Shown here: positions 63,827 to 64,000 of the stretch, piece after piece
How positions within the stretch are numbered: the first letter of the stretch is position 1
Layout: every line of letters starts with the position of its first letter
Source of the DNA: Candidatus Poribacteria bacterium
GTDB lineage: Bacteria; Poribacteria; WGA-4E; WGA-3G
Direction: 5' to 3'
Assembly (NCBI GenBank): GCA_028824575.1
Contig: JAPPDN010001023.1
Location: forward strand, 25,347-89,346
Length of the DNA stretch: 64,000 nt
The notes under the pieces: model-generated
The model's database searches: none
What the model was told of the DNA's origin: nothing
The model's input: the letters and a program-made list of their open reading frames with translations, nothing else
Translations under genes and position numbers: made by a program

Positions 63827-64000
63827 AAGTAATTTTTCCATTGGCAGAACGTCGGTTTCCCTGTTTAAAGACGTGTACGCACCATACATTACAATCGCCA
63901 CGCCCGTGTAAAGCGGGACCGACACTCGCCCATCTACTGGAACCGCTGTGTCAACTGCCGGTTTCCGAGTTTATTTTTCTTGTCAATTATCAGAGTCATG
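63823..64000 (+). CDS. Partial ORF translationally coupled to the ECF sigma gene (possible anti-sigma factor by position only); 3' end outside the window
   Basis: ATGA start/stop overlap at 63823-63826, with GAGGAG upstream. The frame is open to the window end. The Cys-containing N-terminus (CLKTCTHH) is not a clean HxxxCxxC motif. Confidence 0.3.
   Translation, partial: MKVIFPLAERRFPCLKTCTHHTLQSPRPCKAGPTLAHLLEPLCQLPVSEFIFLVNYQSH

Overview
This is a 64-kb mosaic window from an unidentified bacterium. Most genes have AAGGAG-type ribosome-binding sites, GC is roughly 35-58% by eye and patchy, and I saw no rRNA, tRNA or CRISPR array. In order, the window contains: (1) Cell-envelope glycan genes: GT4, GT2 and GT-C-like glycosyltransferases, a three-gene ABC-2 exporter, a metallophosphoesterase and two PF14907-type nucleotidyltransferases. 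(2) A plasmid-like module: tyrosine recombinase, ParG-like protein, ParA, centromere-like repeats and a parA relic. (3) A complete enediyne-type iterative PKS cassette in canonical order: UnbL/E3-like, UnbV/E4-like, UnbU/E5-like, a 1980-aa PKSE with KS-AT-ACP-KR-DH-PPTase, and a hotdog thioesterase. (4) A loose set of small-molecule enzymes: tandem CYTH proteins, a PLP decarboxylase, a rifampicin-phosphotransferase-like PEP-utilising enzyme, DUF899, PhyH, a methyltransferase and DUF2156, interspersed with IS relics. (5) The region I consider most novel is a plus-strand operon. It encodes a 64-aa peptide followed by two paralogous glycosyltransferases, each with an N-terminal PqqD/RRE-like peptide-binding domain, then a secreted transglutaminase-like protein, a secreted repeat protein and an ABC-2 permease. 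The peptide has a paralogue with a 6-Cys acidic C-terminus next to an A24 prepilin-type peptidase. Both peptide loci, a membrane-tethered ECF sigma-BNR propeller fusion and a second ECF sigma gene are preceded by the same 27-bp ECF-type promoter-like motif, which occurs five times. Other features include iteron-like 21-bp repeats beside a two-winged-helix Rep-like gene, a multi-stem noncoding element, and a 134-bp repeat made of invariant blocks with variable equal-length spacers. All functional calls come from reading motifs by eye and from family knowledge; no searches were run.
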